This document shows positions 35,445 through 52,049 of a stretch of DNA of 64,000 nucleotides, piece by piece. The position numbers and the translations under genes were made by a program. Below the pieces are notes generated by a model. That model was given only the letters and a program-made list of their open reading frames with translations, was not told the DNA's origin and searched no databases. Each line of letters begins with the position of its first letter. Position 1 is the first letter of the stretch. Origin of the DNA: the human T2T-CHM13v2.0 reference genome, Homo sapiens; NCBI RefSeq assembly GCF_009914755.1, contig NC_060931.1; one strand, 5' to 3'.

Positions 35445-35595
35445 TTAAAGCACTTCCAGTGTTTTTATTATTGCAATAATAACAGTGTTTTGGAAGAGTT
35501 TTAAATTAGAGATCTCAGCAAATTTTTCATTTTTCACAATCTATGTTAACATATCTCAAATACAAGTGCAAGCTACAAATCTCTAGAAGAGGAGA

Positions 35596-35867
35596 TTTTT
35601 TTTGGTTTGTTTTTTTGAGACAGGGTCTTGCTCTGTTGCCTGCCGTCATGGCTCACTGCAGCCTTGACCTCCCGGGCTCAGGTGATCCTCCCACCTCAGC
35701 CTATTTGAGTAGCTGGGACTACAGGCATGCGCCACCTTTCTTTTTTGTAGACATGGGGTTTTGCCACGTTGCCCAGGCTGCTCTCGAACTCCTGAGCTTA
35801 AGCGATCCACCCACCATGGCCTCCCATAGTGCTGGGATTACGGGCATGAGCCCTTGCGCCCAGCCAG
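35596..35867 (-). mobile_element. Alu (AluJ), intron 10
   Basis: Alu dimer with small deletions. Confidence 0.88.
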
Positions 35868-36701
35868 GAAGAGGAGTTTTTTTAAAGAGTGTATTTAGTG
35901 ATTTTATTTGAAAGACGATGAAACCTAAATCCTTAGAAAAGCAAACAGATACATCGTATTGGCAAGAGAGCAAAGGCTGTAGCAGCAAGCTCTCTGCATT
36001 GGTGAGTGGGCAAACTGGCTCTACCCCGGGCCGGCCCGGCTAGGAGATATTGCAGGGCCAACATTTCTGTTCTACTTGGTCCCTCTCCTGGGACTGCCAG
36101 TAAGAAGGTTGTTATACCTTTTTGTTAGGACTTGGAAATAAAATGAAAATAAATATTTTAATCTTTCTCTGTACTGGATTTGAGTTTGAAAGATGCTTTT
36201 ACACCAATATGGAAATGTATCACAGCCAAACCAGAAGGCTTGGATAAAAAAGGACGGGCCAGACGACTACACAGAAGGCAGCCCATGCTCTCACCACATC
36301 TGAACCGACATCTAACACACACTGATGTTTAAACGCTAGTGTGGAGCAGAATTGCCAAGGGAGTTGTTTAAATGTGTATTCCTGGGCCCTATCCTGATTT
36401 AGCAGGTCAGGGGTAAAAGCCCAGGAATCTGCAATTTCAACACGCCCCCCAGATTGGCCGAGATCTTCGTGATGGTTTAGTATGACCCTATTACTAGACC
36501 ATTATCCATCCTTAGCACCAGCAACGGCTGTGATTTTTGTAGTGTTCCTAGATTTACTGAATGCGTACAGTGTAGCTGGAATTAAGGAGGCAGGCCCTGT
36601 TTGGAATGAAGAACATGTTTATTTGTGTCTTTCTTTCTATCATGGTGATAAAACACATACATCTGAATGAATGTTTTCAAAGAAAAAAAAAACAAGTTTA
36701 C

Positions 36702-36756
36702 CTTGCATCTGGAGATATATTCACTAAAGGCTTAAATGTTTCTTGTAAATAAAGCT
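36702..36756 (-). CDS. PRKAG2: PRKAG2 exon 10 (55 nt): (E)LYLQETFKPLVNISPDA(S)
   Basis: Translated by hand; acceptor ATACAG|AG, donor AG|GTAAAC. Confidence 0.96.
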
Positions 36757-37145
36757 CTGTATTTATAGAAAGAAAATATGCAGTTAGTAACACATTTGCT
36801 GTTTGCAGTTATAACACAAATTCAAATACCCTTCAGTTTACGGTTAATAGTTAGAAGGATTAAAAACTCAAATAAAAAGAAATTTAATTTGCCTAAAACT
36901 CCTGTGTTAATCATAGTTATGGCTATTTTAAACAACTTCCAAACTGTTTTCAGGATGTTGCATTTGAAGAAAAATTAAATATTAAAAAACAATGTGACAG
37001 TAAGTGTTTATAAAATCAGGAAAAACAAAGAAATCTGATAAAAGAGCAATACCAGCAGAGGTCACTAGAATGCTACCAGGTTCACCTTACTCTCAAGAAA
37101 TGAAGCAATTATGAAATTTAAAAAATCAATTTCCATAAGTTATAA

Positions 37146-38112
<967 letters not shown>

Positions 38113-39194
38113 TAATGTCAAAACGTAAACATACTTAAACCTTGGTCTATCAGTACTTGTACAGTAGAACTGGACAAGAAGCTGGTGTTACACAATCACT
38201 GCACAACAGACTGTACAGATCCCATGCCAAATTTGTTTAGCTTGGTTTGACAAAGCCGTAATAAACCAAACCCATCACTCAGTGAAACTTCTAAATCGTA
38301 TGGATTTGAAAGGGCCCCTGGGGGTGTAAGAGAACTCCAAGATGTATTCTGATTTCACAGCCAGCTACAAAGGTTGCTTCTCCTATCAAGCATATTATGG
38401 GAAACACAGAACCAAACTCTTCAATTTTGAATTCAAAATTTTCCTTCAGTTGGTCCCTCCATTTCTACCAGTGTTTCCTTGAGCACCCTCCAAAGGCTCC
38501 GCTGTTGCAGACAGACTGGGTCTGCCGTGATTCCCACCCCCGGTCCTCTCCACCAACCCACCATGACAAGTGTCAGTGAGACCACCACCTTACAATCATG
38601 AAATGCGAATTTAAGAAATGGTTCTATGGCAGAAAAGAGTATCATGATTTTACAGGGTGAATGTCAATGTGACAATGAAGAGAATATGGTCTTCAAATTA
38701 CTTCCATGCTATTTGCTCCAAACCATCTAGTTTGAGGTTCATTTGTCCTAAGTTTCTCCACAATTTGTAAAGAAACAATTACTAGGTTTAAATAAGAACA
38801 GATGCTTGCTTTGGTTCAAGTTAGGCATGCCTCTGATGCATTTCTTAATACCAAGGCAAATCTCTGAGGGCTTAGACTTAGTAGTGAGCGGTGGCCCCAT
38901 TGTGGGCAGCGAGGTGGGGCTTGGTTAGCTCATTCATCTTCACATTCCTGGCCCTAGGATAAGGCCTTGCCTGCTGAAGGTGTCCTATACATGTCTATAA
39001 ACAGAAGGGACAATACTTATATTGTTCAGCTTTAGTACAGTAGCATACTATCAAAATTAACAGAAATAAAGAGAATGTTTTATATAACATTTTATGGAGC
39101 AGAGAGAAAAGGATCTGCAAAATGAAAACATACTTTTCATACTAAACATAGCTTTCCCGATACTAAAAGATTTTAAACATCCAATAGTGCTTAC

Positions 39195-39240
39195 CCCTCC
39201 ATGTTTCAATTTTATGTTCCTCTAATTCATAAATCTGTAC
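39195..39240 (-). CDS. PRKAG2: PRKAG2 exon 9 (46 nt): VQIYELEEHKIETWR(E)
   Basis: Translated by hand; acceptor TTTGCAG|GTA, donor G|GTAAGC. Confidence 0.96.
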
Positions 39241-39361
39241 CTGCAAATAAAAAAATTCTTATTTATAAATATACATATACAACATAGAAAAAATATTTGG
39301 AAAATGAAACAAAACATAGCTTGGATAATAGCATTTTCTATTCGCAATTAGAAAATGAGGC

Positions 39362-39651
39362 GGCCAGGTGCGGTTGCTCATGCCTGTAATCTCAGCACTT
39401 TGGGAGATCAAGGTGGGCAGATCACCTGAGGTCAGGAGTTTGAGACCAGCCTGGCCAACATGGTGAGACCTCATCTGTACTAAAAATACAAAAATTAGCC
39501 AGGCATATTGGTGGGTGCCTGTAGTCCCAGCTACTCAGGAGGCTGAGGCAGGAGAATTGCTTGAACCCAGGAAGCAGAGGTTGCAGTGAGCCGAGATGGT
39601 ACCACTGCATTCCAGCCTGGGCAACAGAGTGAGACTCTGTCTCAAAAAAAA
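39362..39651 (+). mobile_element. Alu (AluSx), intron 8
   Basis: Alu dimer. Confidence 0.92.
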
Positions 39652-39691
39652 GAAAGTGAGGTGAGATATAGAGAAAAAAATGTATCTCAAG

Positions 39692-39862
39692 TTTTTTTTT
39701 TTTTTTGAGACAAGGTCTCATTCTGTCATCCGGGCTGGAGTGCACAAGTGCGATCATGACTCACTGCAGCCTCAACCTCCCAGGCTTAAGTAATCCTCTC
39801 AACTCAGCCTCTGAGTAACTTGGACTACAGATGTACACCACCATGCCTGGCTAATTTTTGTG

Positions 39863-39893
<31 letters not shown>

Positions 39894-40011
39894 GTAGAGA
39901 TGGGGTTTCACCATGTTGCCCCACTGGTCTCAAACTCCTGGGCTCAAGTGATCCACCCTTCTCAGCTTCCCAAAGTGCTGGGACTACAGGCGTGAGCCAC
40001 TGTGCCTGGCC
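39692..40011 (-). mobile_element. Alu (AluJ), intron 8
   Basis: Alu dimer with long central T tract. Confidence 0.9.
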
Positions 40012-40294
40012 TGTATCTACAGATATTAAGAAAAACTTTGGGCTGCATATTTAGACATAACTGCTTTTTTGCAATTTTGATTTCATATTCTACTGCTAAG
40101 ATTTCTTATATGGGATTTGCTGCATTTCACAGAAATCTATCTATTCAAAAATCACACTCATGCTGATTTTGCTAGTTCAAAAGCAGAGATATGACCACTA
40201 TAAGGAAAGCCCGTGTTCACTTGCATTGGTAATATTGAAGAAATAATACACTTCATGGGAAATAAATACAGGATATTTACAAAATCTTTGGTAA

Positions 40295-40609
<315 letters not shown>

Positions 40610-41299
40610 AAGAGCATGTTTTATGAAGAAACTCATTTTTGTATTTGATGTAAGAATTATTGGATAATACTGAGCATTACGCATAAAGCAGTATTAATTG
40701 AATTAACCTACACCTTTTAAGTACCCCAAATAGGACTAGTTAAATAAGAGTATGCAATCCTGTCCTTCCCCCCACCCTCATGAACAAACAAACAGAAACT
40801 AAAAACACAAAACCAAGCAGGTTGAATCTCAGATATCACAAAGTTAGATGAAGGACAAAAGTGGTTTTTAAGCTACGCTCTTTCCAGAACCATTGTACTA
40901 GGGACCAGAGAGTTCTGCTACTAAAATCAGCCAGGAGCTGTCTCTTCCTAATTAGCAGGAACATGTCAAAACGGAATTTATTTCACTTTAATGACTCATT
41001 TTTTTCTGCTTTAAAATCACAAAGTACATATAATTCTTGTTCTGCAATTGCTGGGGTAACTGAATTAAGCTCTACCACCTCAACAGGCCCGCAGAGATAA
41101 GCAAAACTTACAGAACGTCTAGCTAATAAATATGTAGAATTCTGCTAAGCCAAGGAATTCCGAAAGCTGAATAAAGAATCTATTTCCTTTTATTTTTCCT
41201 GAGAATTCCTTCTTTGAGTTTCATACATATAACTTACAGTAAAGAGAGTTTTGTACTGAAGTTCCCTGCATGTTATATAGATTTGGAAAATCACCATCA

Positions 41300-41494
<195 letters not shown>

Positions 41495-42520
41495 TTACAT
41501 GTTACAAATAAAACCATGAAAACATTTTTAAAAATTTCAAATGACAAGTGAGCCTAGAATATATGCTAGAAGAGCTTATAAAATATACTTCGAAGATATC
41601 AAGCAGAGTTTAATATATTATTTAAAACTATTGATGTGTTAATTGTGTATACCAAACTGGATATACAAATTTAGCTGAAATTAAACCTGACAGTAAGTAC
41701 TACGGAACTAACCAGAGAATTTGGCAAATCAATGAGAGAAAACTCATTAATTGATACAAATTTGAAAAAAGAATTGCAGTTACAGGTAAATAATTTTAAG
41801 TACTTTAAGATAAAGTATTCCGTAAGCTTTAGAAACGTGACAATTCTGGGCACTTGGATTGTTTCCCAAGAAGCATTCTAAACACAATGGTTTTAACAGT
41901 TGCCATTTATTGAGTGCTTTTGACGTGCTAGACACCAGGATGATACGGATGAAAAAGACATGAACTTCTTCCCTGATGAAATTAAAACCTAGAAGCAGAC
42001 ATAACGATCATTTCAAAATAACGTGAAGAATACTAAGAGAGACAATGGCATTGTCTGCTGTGATTCATAAGATAAGTAACGATGGCATTTAGATAGCTGT
42101 AAGTTACACAACAGTTTTAACAGTATAACAATGGTCTGGCAGAGACATCAGTCATGTTTACAGCATCTAATTTGCCCTGTCAAAAAGGTGTGCACTAGCG
42201 AGATGAGTGCGGGGCCCAGGGATGCCATATGCCATGTGTGGCCCAAAGTGGGGCAGCTGGCTCACATCTGACTGTGGTGTCCTACGTGGGGTTTGTTCAT
42301 TGGGCTGGTAAAGACACATAAGCTCTTCAGAGAGCCAAAAAGTTGCTAAATTAAAAGAAATTCAACAACAACAACAACAACAAAAGCTCCATAAAAGTTA
42401 CAACAGTGTGTAGAGTTCTCAATGAGGCGGCAAAAAAAAAAAAAAAAAGAAAAAAAGGACAACAGTGTTTGGACCTTACTAGCACGTCCACCTTCTTACC
42501 CAGTATGTAAAAGCAAGGAA

Positions 42521-42777
42521 TTTTTTTTTTTTTTTTGACAGGGTCTCGCTCTGTCACCCAGGCTGGAGTACAGTGCAGCGATCATGGCCTTGACCTCCTG
42601 GGCTCAAGTGATCCTCCCACCTCAGCCTCCTGAGTAGCTAATTTTTGCATGTTTTTGTAGAGATGAGGTCTTGCTATGTTGCCCAGGCTGGCCTCGAACT
42701 GCTGGGCTCAAGCGATCTCCCTGCCTTGGCCTCCCAAAGTGCTGAGATTACGGGCATGGGCCACTGCACCCTGCCAG
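42521..42777 (-). mobile_element. Alu (AluJ, internally deleted), intron 7
   Basis: Alu dimer; flanking AGCAAG(G)AAT duplication. Confidence 0.85.
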
Positions 42778-42864
42778 CAAGAATGTTCTTTAACTTGGAA
42801 ACATGTTTACTAGGTTGAATTCCAAACCGGCATCTATTAAAATACTTTAGGCTTTCTGCTTTCA

Positions 42865-43335
<471 letters not shown>

Positions 43336-44593
43336 AGAAAAATACCCTTAACATATTTGACCAAGTCTTATCAGTTATCTTCCATAATAAGTTTCGTAAG
43401 TTTGATAAGCTAAAAATAATGGAATTTATTAACATTAGCAAAAATCTTTTTGAATTACACCTAAAGGCATACAGGGATTAGAAATTATTTTTTGAAATTG
43501 AAATAATGCAATTAACTTCTTTTTTTTTTCTTATTGTATCTGAAGACTCTTGTCTACATACATACTTTATGTAATTAAAACCATACAAAAGAATTAAACT
43601 TCAGGGTCTAATATCTCCTACATGTGGTTATTAATTCATCTGAAAACACTGAAGTTGTATCAAATTACCTGAAATAAAAATTTATTTTTAGTATTTTCAA
43701 TGAGAAAACAAGCATACTTTCTCAGTTCCCAAGGTTGAGGAAAAAAAAAGGTATGAAAGATACAATATATTTTTGCATTTTATACCTTCCAGACACAAAT
43801 GGGTCAGGCACTAACATATCATATCTCACTTAACACTCATAACAAATATCTTTTGGGATACCATAAGGTATCATACTTGAAGATTTATTAATAACCAAAA
43901 GTTCAGTGCTGAAAATGATCCTCTAAATTCAGACAGCAAATAAGTACAGGGAAAATGTCCAACCTTATTAATAACCCAAGAAATGCAAATTAAAACAAAG
44001 TGTCATTTGTAGATGCTAAATAAGCCGATATTTTAAAGTTGCAGCTCCTAATACAAGGGCTATTATAAAACCACTGGTGGCACCAAACACTGAGAAAATA
44101 TTTTTTCTAACACAGCTAGTGTCAAGAATCACAAAGTATTCATATTGCTTGTGCAACAGCTTTTTCTCTTTGAATTATTTTAGGAGTGGGATTCCTGAAT
44201 CAACAATGTTCCATGTGACATTACTTCTAATCTTGAAAACTGAAAAAAAAATCCACCTCTCAAACAAAACTTATCAAATACTAGCATACCAATGAGAAAA
44301 AAAATCAAATAATAATTAACATAATTATGATGTTTTCATAACTATATCAAGAAAGGTCTATGACAATAAAAATGTAACTGTAAAATTATACATTATGATA
44401 CTTAGAAAAATATGTGTTTAAATGGAAACAATGAGAAACAAGCAAAAAAAGATTAAACTGATACATTAAGAAGCTGGGATAGTAAAATGTTTCTTTAAAA
44501 AAAGTGTTACATTATGGTATGGTTATGTTTTTTTTTTTTTAACTAAAAGTAAATTATTCTCTTCTCACTCACTACTCAAAAAAAAACCTTGTT

Positions 44594-44920
44594 GGCTGGA
44601 CACAGTGGCCCACGCCTGTAATCCTAGCACTCTGGGAGGCCCCCCGAGATGGGCAGATCACCTGAGGCCAGGAATTCGAGACCAGCCTGGCTAACATGGT
44701 AAAACCTCGTCTCCACTAAAAATACAAAAATTAGCTGGGCATGGTGGCGCACACCTGTAATCCCAGCTACTCAGGAGGCTGAGGCACAAGAATCGCTTGA
44801 ACCTGGGAAGTGGAGGCTGTAGTGAGCCGAGAACACGCCACTGTACTCCAGCCTGAGTGAAGAGTGAGACTCTGTCTCAAACAAGCAAACAAACAAATGA
44901 ACAAACAAAACAAACAAAAT
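44594..44920 (+). mobile_element. Alu (AluS)
   Basis: Alu dimer with CAAA-type tail. Confidence 0.9.
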
Positions 44921-45534
44921 CCTTGTTAACTTACTAATGAAAACAACTGCAGGAACCTAGAGCAGATGACTTTAGGACTAATAACTTAGTACCTATTTCT
45001 TCCTTTATTGTGATATATTTTGCCTTATGTGGAACTGCTCATGCATGTACCTAGTTCACCTACACAAGAATATAGGGACTACTGGTGCGTTGAGGGAGCT
45101 CATCAATTATTTCACGCATTTATTTTAACCCGTCCAGCGCTGAGTCCTGAATATAGCAGGGATTCTAGACATTAGTCAAATGACTACAAGAGAATGACGA
45201 TGAGGAAATGAGTAGAGCCAACCCAGTGATGTGGGAGAGCAACAGTAACTGAGCAGCATCCAGAAACTCATGAACTGTTTCTGAAACACACCTTTATCAA
45301 AAAGGCACCAAAATACACTGCTTTTGTAACTAAATGGCATCCAGGAAAGGTGTGCCCATTTGAATGGTTTGCTATTTGTACCCTGGGCATCTCTGATTGT
45401 GGTCCTAGAATATATTATAGAAGAATATAGTGGAAAAGTCGCATGTAAATAGATTTTAAAACACACTGAATATCTGGTAAGTTTGCTTTTCTAAACTGGT
45501 TGGAATAGAATGGGAATGGGGGCACCTTTTATGT

Positions 45535-45857
45535 TTTATTTGTATTTATTTATTTTTTTTGGAGACAGGGTCTCACTTTTTCACCCAGGCTGAAGTATAG
45601 TGGTACCTTGGCTCATTGTTTCCTCACTGCACCCCTCCCCGCTGCCCCTGCCGGGCTCAAGTGATTCTCCCACCTCAGCCTTCCAAGTAGCTGGGACCAC
45701 AGGCACATGCCACCATGTCCAGATAATTTTTTTTCTTGTAGAGGCAGGATCTTGCTATGTTGCCCAGACTGGTCTCAAACTCCTGGGCTTAAGTGATCCT
45801 CCTGTCTTGGCCTCCCAAAGTGTTAGGATTACAGGCATGAGCCACTGCACCTGGCCA
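45535..45857 (-). mobile_element. Alu (AluJ)
   Basis: Alu dimer. Confidence 0.87.
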
Positions 45858-46580
45858 GGGGCATCTTTTAAAAGCACAAATTGCTTACTGTTTTCTTCAA
45901 AATGACAGATTTAGCAGAGAAAATAAATGTTAAAAACATTCATGAGGATCATTCATGAAACCCTAAGTAGCCATAGCTATTGAAAACCTATGCCAGAAAG
46001 TTCTGAGTTTGGCATAATGAAACAGTTGAAAACAACTATCCAAGTTGTACAAAAGACAGGAAACACTATTTGAGGGCCCTGGAGTGCATCAACACGGGGT
46101 GGATTCTGGGAGCTACAATTCTTGAAAGAAAAGAAGGCTATGCATTGAGCATCACATTCATTCTGGAATTTTTCTGAGGGCATTTCCCACATCATCTGCA
46201 CATAGGTCAATTTCAACAAGAAGCTGAAATTTATCAAGAAGAATCAAACAAATCCCAGGTAAGATAAACACAAAGAAAACCACACCTAAGCACGTCATAG
46301 ACAAGATGCTAAAAACCAAAGGTAAAGGGAAAATCAGCTAGAGGGGGAAAAGACACATTGGCTTTCAAAAGGGTAACAAGCAGGCTGACGGCTGACTTTC
46401 CAGCAGAAACTATGAAAGTCAGAAGACAAGAGAAAGAAAACTTTAAGATGCTAAAATAAAAAACCTGCCAATCTAGGTTAGAGCATATATCCAGTGAAGA
46501 TATCCTTCAAAAAGGATTGGCAAAGTAAGGTTTTTTGGATTAAAAAAGCAGAGAAAATTGTCACCAACCAACCAGCATTA

Positions 46581-47000
<420 letters not shown>

Positions 47001-47233
47001 TCAATACTGCATAAAGCCAGAGTAATGATATCCTGTGGGATTCATAACTTATATAGAAGCAAAATATATAACAATAGCACATAGGGTAGGAGACGGTTTA
47101 ACTTTTGTATACATTTTTTGCATTGTTTGGGACTTGGTAAAATTATTATTAAAAGATGGAAAGTAGTAAGTCAAAGATGCTATGTAATCTGTAAGACAGC
47201 CTCTGAAAGATCAACAAAAGAATGTATAACTAA

Positions 47234-47632
47234 GTTCACATGTTCTCATCCATTTGTGGGAGCTAAAAATGAAAACAACTGAACTCATGGAAATAGAGAG
47301 TAGAATGATGGTTACCAGAGGCTGGGAAGGGAGGGTAGTGGGGGTGGGTGCGGGGAGGAAGTAGGGGCAGTTCATGGATAAAAAAATGTAGTTAGATAGA
47401 ATGAATACGGTCTAGTATTTGATGGCACAGCAGGGTGACTACAGTCAACAATAATTTATTGTACATTTAAAAATAACCAATAATTGGGATGTATGTAATG
47501 TAAAGAAATCATAAATGCTTGAGGTTATGGACACCCCATTTATCCTGATGTGATTATACAATGTATGCCTGTATCAAAATATTTCATGCACCCTATAAGT
47601 ATATACACATACTATGTACCCATAAAAATGAA
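47234..47632 (+). mobile_element. 5'-truncated L1MA 3' end
   Basis: catgttctca...tgtgggagctaaaa...ggttaccagaggctgggaagg; 18-bp TSD AAAAGAATGTATAACTAA. Confidence 0.9.
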
Positions 47633-48699
47633 AAAAGAATGTATAACTAAAAAGCTAGCAGAGGAGAAAAATGGGTTAAACATAGTTTGTTAAATCGAGT
47701 GAAGAAGGAATAAAAGAACAAATCAATAGAAAAAGTGAAAAACGCATAGCAAAATGGTAGACAAACCTAACTATAGCAGTAACTGCATGAAATGAAAATG
47801 GACTAAACGGTAATTAAATGCTATTCTAGGCATTTATTGCATGGTTTAATTGCAATTGTCAATACAGAAAGTAAACGAACCTTGTCTATGACCTAAGTCC
47901 TAGGATCCTATCAAGGACTGCCTTTCTCTAATAAGGGCCAATGAGTCCAATGGATCTAAACCATAGATGAGACCACGTGAGAGCCAAACAAGAGGGCTTC
48001 CTTCAGTGGACACATTTCTAGAAGCTTCTGGCAGAGACTATTGTATCCAGCTTCAAGACATAAATGACTGAGCACAGTGGACATCTACACACAAAAATCT
48101 CTGGTCAAATAGTGTAATAATTTAAAAAAACCCAAGAATAAATATTGCTATTAGCTTAGTTTGTGAATATTTTGATATTTTGATATTTAATGTTTACACC
48201 TTGTACAAATGATCACATATAGATCCAACAGATTTAATGGACATTTTTACACTACAGTGAGCCTCATCACACCTCAGGCTTAAAAGAATGATACCAACAA
48301 AAGCAGGGGTTTAAGTTTAACACTCAAATATGATGATTATTACTTCAGACTCAGAAAAAAACATCCTGCTTCCCCATAATAAATTCTCAGACTAATCTGC
48401 TACAAAAGCGTTCAGCCCCCAAAATGCTGCAGATACTGTTTACGGTGAGGCCACTGTGAACAACACAAACAGGAAATAACTGCCTAACACCAATTCTTAA
48501 GGTGGCAAATACATGTATGGGAAAGTATACGGGGTAATAATACAGACGTTAGAAACTGATCACGCGTGCTGAATCAAGTTAATTCTGAGATGAAAGACAC
48601 TGATGCTGCGTGGTCAATGGCAGGGAGGGATGGAGGGAGGAATTAATTAATTTCAGACAGTATCGGTCCAACAGAGGGATCGATGTATGTATGTACGTA

Positions 48700-48988
48700 T
48701 GAATGACAGGGTCTCGCTCTGTTGCCCAGGCTGGAGTGCAGTGGCAGGAACATGGCTCACTGCAGTCTCAACCTCCTGGGTTCAAGTGATTCTCCCACCT
48801 CAGCCTCCTGAGTAGCTGGGACCACAGGTGCACACCACCACAGCTAGCTTTTTATTTTGTTATTTTTTGTAGAGACAGGGTCCGGTTATGTTGCCCATGC
48901 TGGTTTGAACTCCTGAACTCAAGTGATCCTCCTGCCTCTGCCTCCCAAAGTGCTGGGATTCCAGGGGTAAGCCACCTCCCCCAGCCCA
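48700..48988 (-). mobile_element. Alu (AluJ)
   Basis: Alu dimer. Confidence 0.88.
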
Positions 48989-49557
48989 ATGGCAAGGTTT
49001 ATAGAGAGAAAAGCCCCAGTGAAGCAGCAGTTCAATGGCAAAGAGAACGTTAAGAATTTAACGTGCAAAGTGGTATCTCTTCTGCAACAGAAGATAAAAC
49101 AACCAAGGCTCACGGAAGCACGTGGAGTGAATTAAGAGGCCATCCCACTTCTTGTCAACGAGCTAAGGTGCTACACCTACTGGACTTCAACTTCTCGTTT
49201 TCCACATAAAATGTGTATCTCTACAGAACAGGGACACTGCTTCATTTCTCAAACTGAAATCATAAGCACAGCAGCTCACTTCGTTTTTCTGATGGCCTCA
49301 AGCACCAAGGCTTTCTCGCGGGCTCCTTGGCCCGTGCCAGCTGTGTGGTGGCTGCTCAGTCACTTAACCCTCTGTGAGCCTCAACATGCTGTTATAAAAT
49401 GGGGCTAATGGATATTTCCTCACAGGTGTAGGGTGTGGATTGAATAGGCTAGTATTTGAAGATGTTCAGTATGGTGCTCAGCACTAACAGCCAAGAAGAA
49501 CAAATGCTTAAAATTTCCAGTCTATACTGACCAAACCAGAAGCCAACAGAAATTTCT

Positions 49558-49829
49558 TCTTTTTTTCACTTTGGAGACAGGGTCTTACTCTGTTGCCCAG
49601 GCTCAAGTATAGTGGTATGATCACGGCTCACTGCAGCCTCAACCTCGTAGGCTCAAGTGATCCTTATGCCTCAGCCTCCTGAGTAGCTGGGATCACAGGC
49701 ATATGCCACCATGCTCAGCTAATTTTTAAATCTTTTTGTAGAGATGGGGTTTTGCCATGTTGCCCGGGCTGGTCTCAAACTCTAGGCCTCAAGTGATCCT
49801 CCTGCTTCAGCCTCCCAAAGTGCTGGGAT
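49558..49829 (-). mobile_element. Alu (AluJ)
   Basis: Alu dimer. Confidence 0.88.
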
Positions 49830-51169
49830 GAAAGATTTATTCTTTTAATTTCATCCACATACACTGTTGACCTGTCCGCAGGTCACTGAGGAAGTCTCAA
49901 TTCCATCCTTCAGAGATCTCATATAATATTCCAAACGGACATGATACTCGTACAATGCATTAAAGAGCAGTGTCCTGGGTGAGCTCGGGAGGGGCCTGAC
50001 GCTTCTGTGGTTTTGCCGACCTTCTTTGCAATAACGAGGCCTTCTAAAACTTGGCTTTCTTAAGAACACGTGCATGGAGCTGTTTATAAAGCAATTTAAA
50101 ATCATACTTGGAAAATTCTCCATAATTATAGACGGCACAGGGTGTTCCAATTAACCAATAAACAGGATACAAAGAGGACTAACACAATCTAGTTCTAATT
50201 TGCAGGAAGAAACCGCTCAGGGATCTTGAGTACCTTTGAAAATTTCTTTCCTTTTAACTGATACGCAATTTGCTCAAACTATGATTAATTTTAAAGTTTA
50301 CATTTTAATAGGATTTTCAACACATTTCAAAGCAAATGTGATAATTAGATAAGAAAAGATGGGAAATAAAATGTTCATAGGTAAGTTTTTAGAATAGTGA
50401 GCAGGCCCGAGCTGCTCTAAGAGACTCTGGCAGTCTATACCAAGGAGAACATCTGTGTTCCCCAGAATGGGAAGCTGGTTCCTCTGATGCCTCACTGCTT
50501 TCTACACAGCTTCACTCTGATTTTCAGTAATTAAGTTGACTGTGAAGCTTTTAAAATTAACGCTGATATCTACTGCGTCAAGAAGGGTCCAGCTTCTGAA
50601 ATACGGTCGTCGAGACTCTTCTCCGTCCAGGCCCAGGCCTCCCTTGCCAGCTGCATGACTCCCTCCTCCCTGAACTCATCTTCCATGCCCCTCCAAGCCC
50701 CAGTACTCCTTCGACTTCAGAAGAACAGTTGCCCACCATTGCCATGGAAGGACTGTTTTCTGGAGGAAATGCACTGCTCCAGAAATAAAACAGACATAGG
50801 AACATGGGGCCTCCAATGAAAAAGATGGCTGGCTTACTGCTCTTCAGTGAAGCCCACCAAGCAAGAAGCCCACCTGTGAACTTGGTATGTCCATGCCAAC
50901 TGTTAGCAGTCACTCTTAATTATGAATGAATGGGCAGCCATCTGACAGGGCCTTGAACGCTGAAGTCACACAAGTCCCAGTTTTACACAGATCTCACTAG
51001 AAGGGTTAGGAAAAAAAAAATCTTCCAAAAAGTGGAATGAAAAGAAAAATTGAAAAAACAATGGGAAAAGAATATTAAAGATCAACTCGGGGGTCTCAGA
51101 GCTGCTCACTGAAGTTCCGGAGAAAAGCAAGCACTGGGAAGAAAATGATTGAGGAAAGAATGCAAGGAA

Positions 51170-51453
51170 GGCTAGGCACAGTGGCTTCGGGAGGCCGCAG
51201 CGCTGAGGATCGCTTGAGCCTCGGGGTTCAAGACCCAGCTGGGCAACATAGCAAAACCCTGCCTCTACAAAAAATAAAATAATTAACTGAATGTGGTGGT
51301 GCACGCCTGTAGTCTCAGCTACTTGGAAGGCTGTGGCAGGAGGATCGCTTGAGCCCAGGAACTGGGGGCTGCAGTGGGCTGTGACTGCACTACCATACTC
51401 CAGCCTGGGTAACACAGTGAAACCCTATCTCTAAAATAAATAAATAAATAAAA
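51170..51453 (+). mobile_element. Alu (AluJ)
   Basis: Alu dimer with (TAAA)n tail. Confidence 0.87.
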
Positions 51454-52049
51454 ATTCTAAAAAAGAAACAACGCAAGGACCAGAGAACTGGATACTAGGA
51501 GTGTCAGGTTCTAGCGGGACGTCACCTGCCCGGCACCATGAACTGACCACAAGACACATGATGATGGAATTTTAGGGTACCAGGTAGAAAGCGAGAGCCA
51601 CAAAAGCTTCAGAGGGGAAAAATAAAATCATATATAAAGGCTGGGGATTTTAAAAAAGCATCAAATTTCTCTCGATCAGCACTGGTAGCTAGAAGAAATG
51701 GAATGATATTAGTACCTTCACAATTCTTAATAAAAATGATTTCTGTTATAGAATTCTAGACATAGCAGTCTACAGGTTGAACGTAAGTGATATATAAAAT
51801 TTCAAGTAATACATTCCCACGCATCTTTTCTTGGGAGGTTTTATGGACTCAGTGTGTTTGGTTCAACGGCTCAACAGGTTGTTTCTGTGGAATATGACAA
51901 GAGTAAGGCACAGGAGCAAGAGACTATGTCTTTATTGTCAGTTTTTTTGGTACCACTTGACAGAAATTGTTAATATGTGCTTTGAAAAACTCTCAGTTAG
52001 CCACTAGTCTGCTCTGCTCCAGCACATTCCCGAGCACGAGCCCATGTGT

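Noticed and set aside
39229-39246. Exon 9 start CAG|GTACAG as a recursive donor or +6 alternative acceptor
   Set aside because: GTACAG is a poor donor and the intron is short; no supporting evidence
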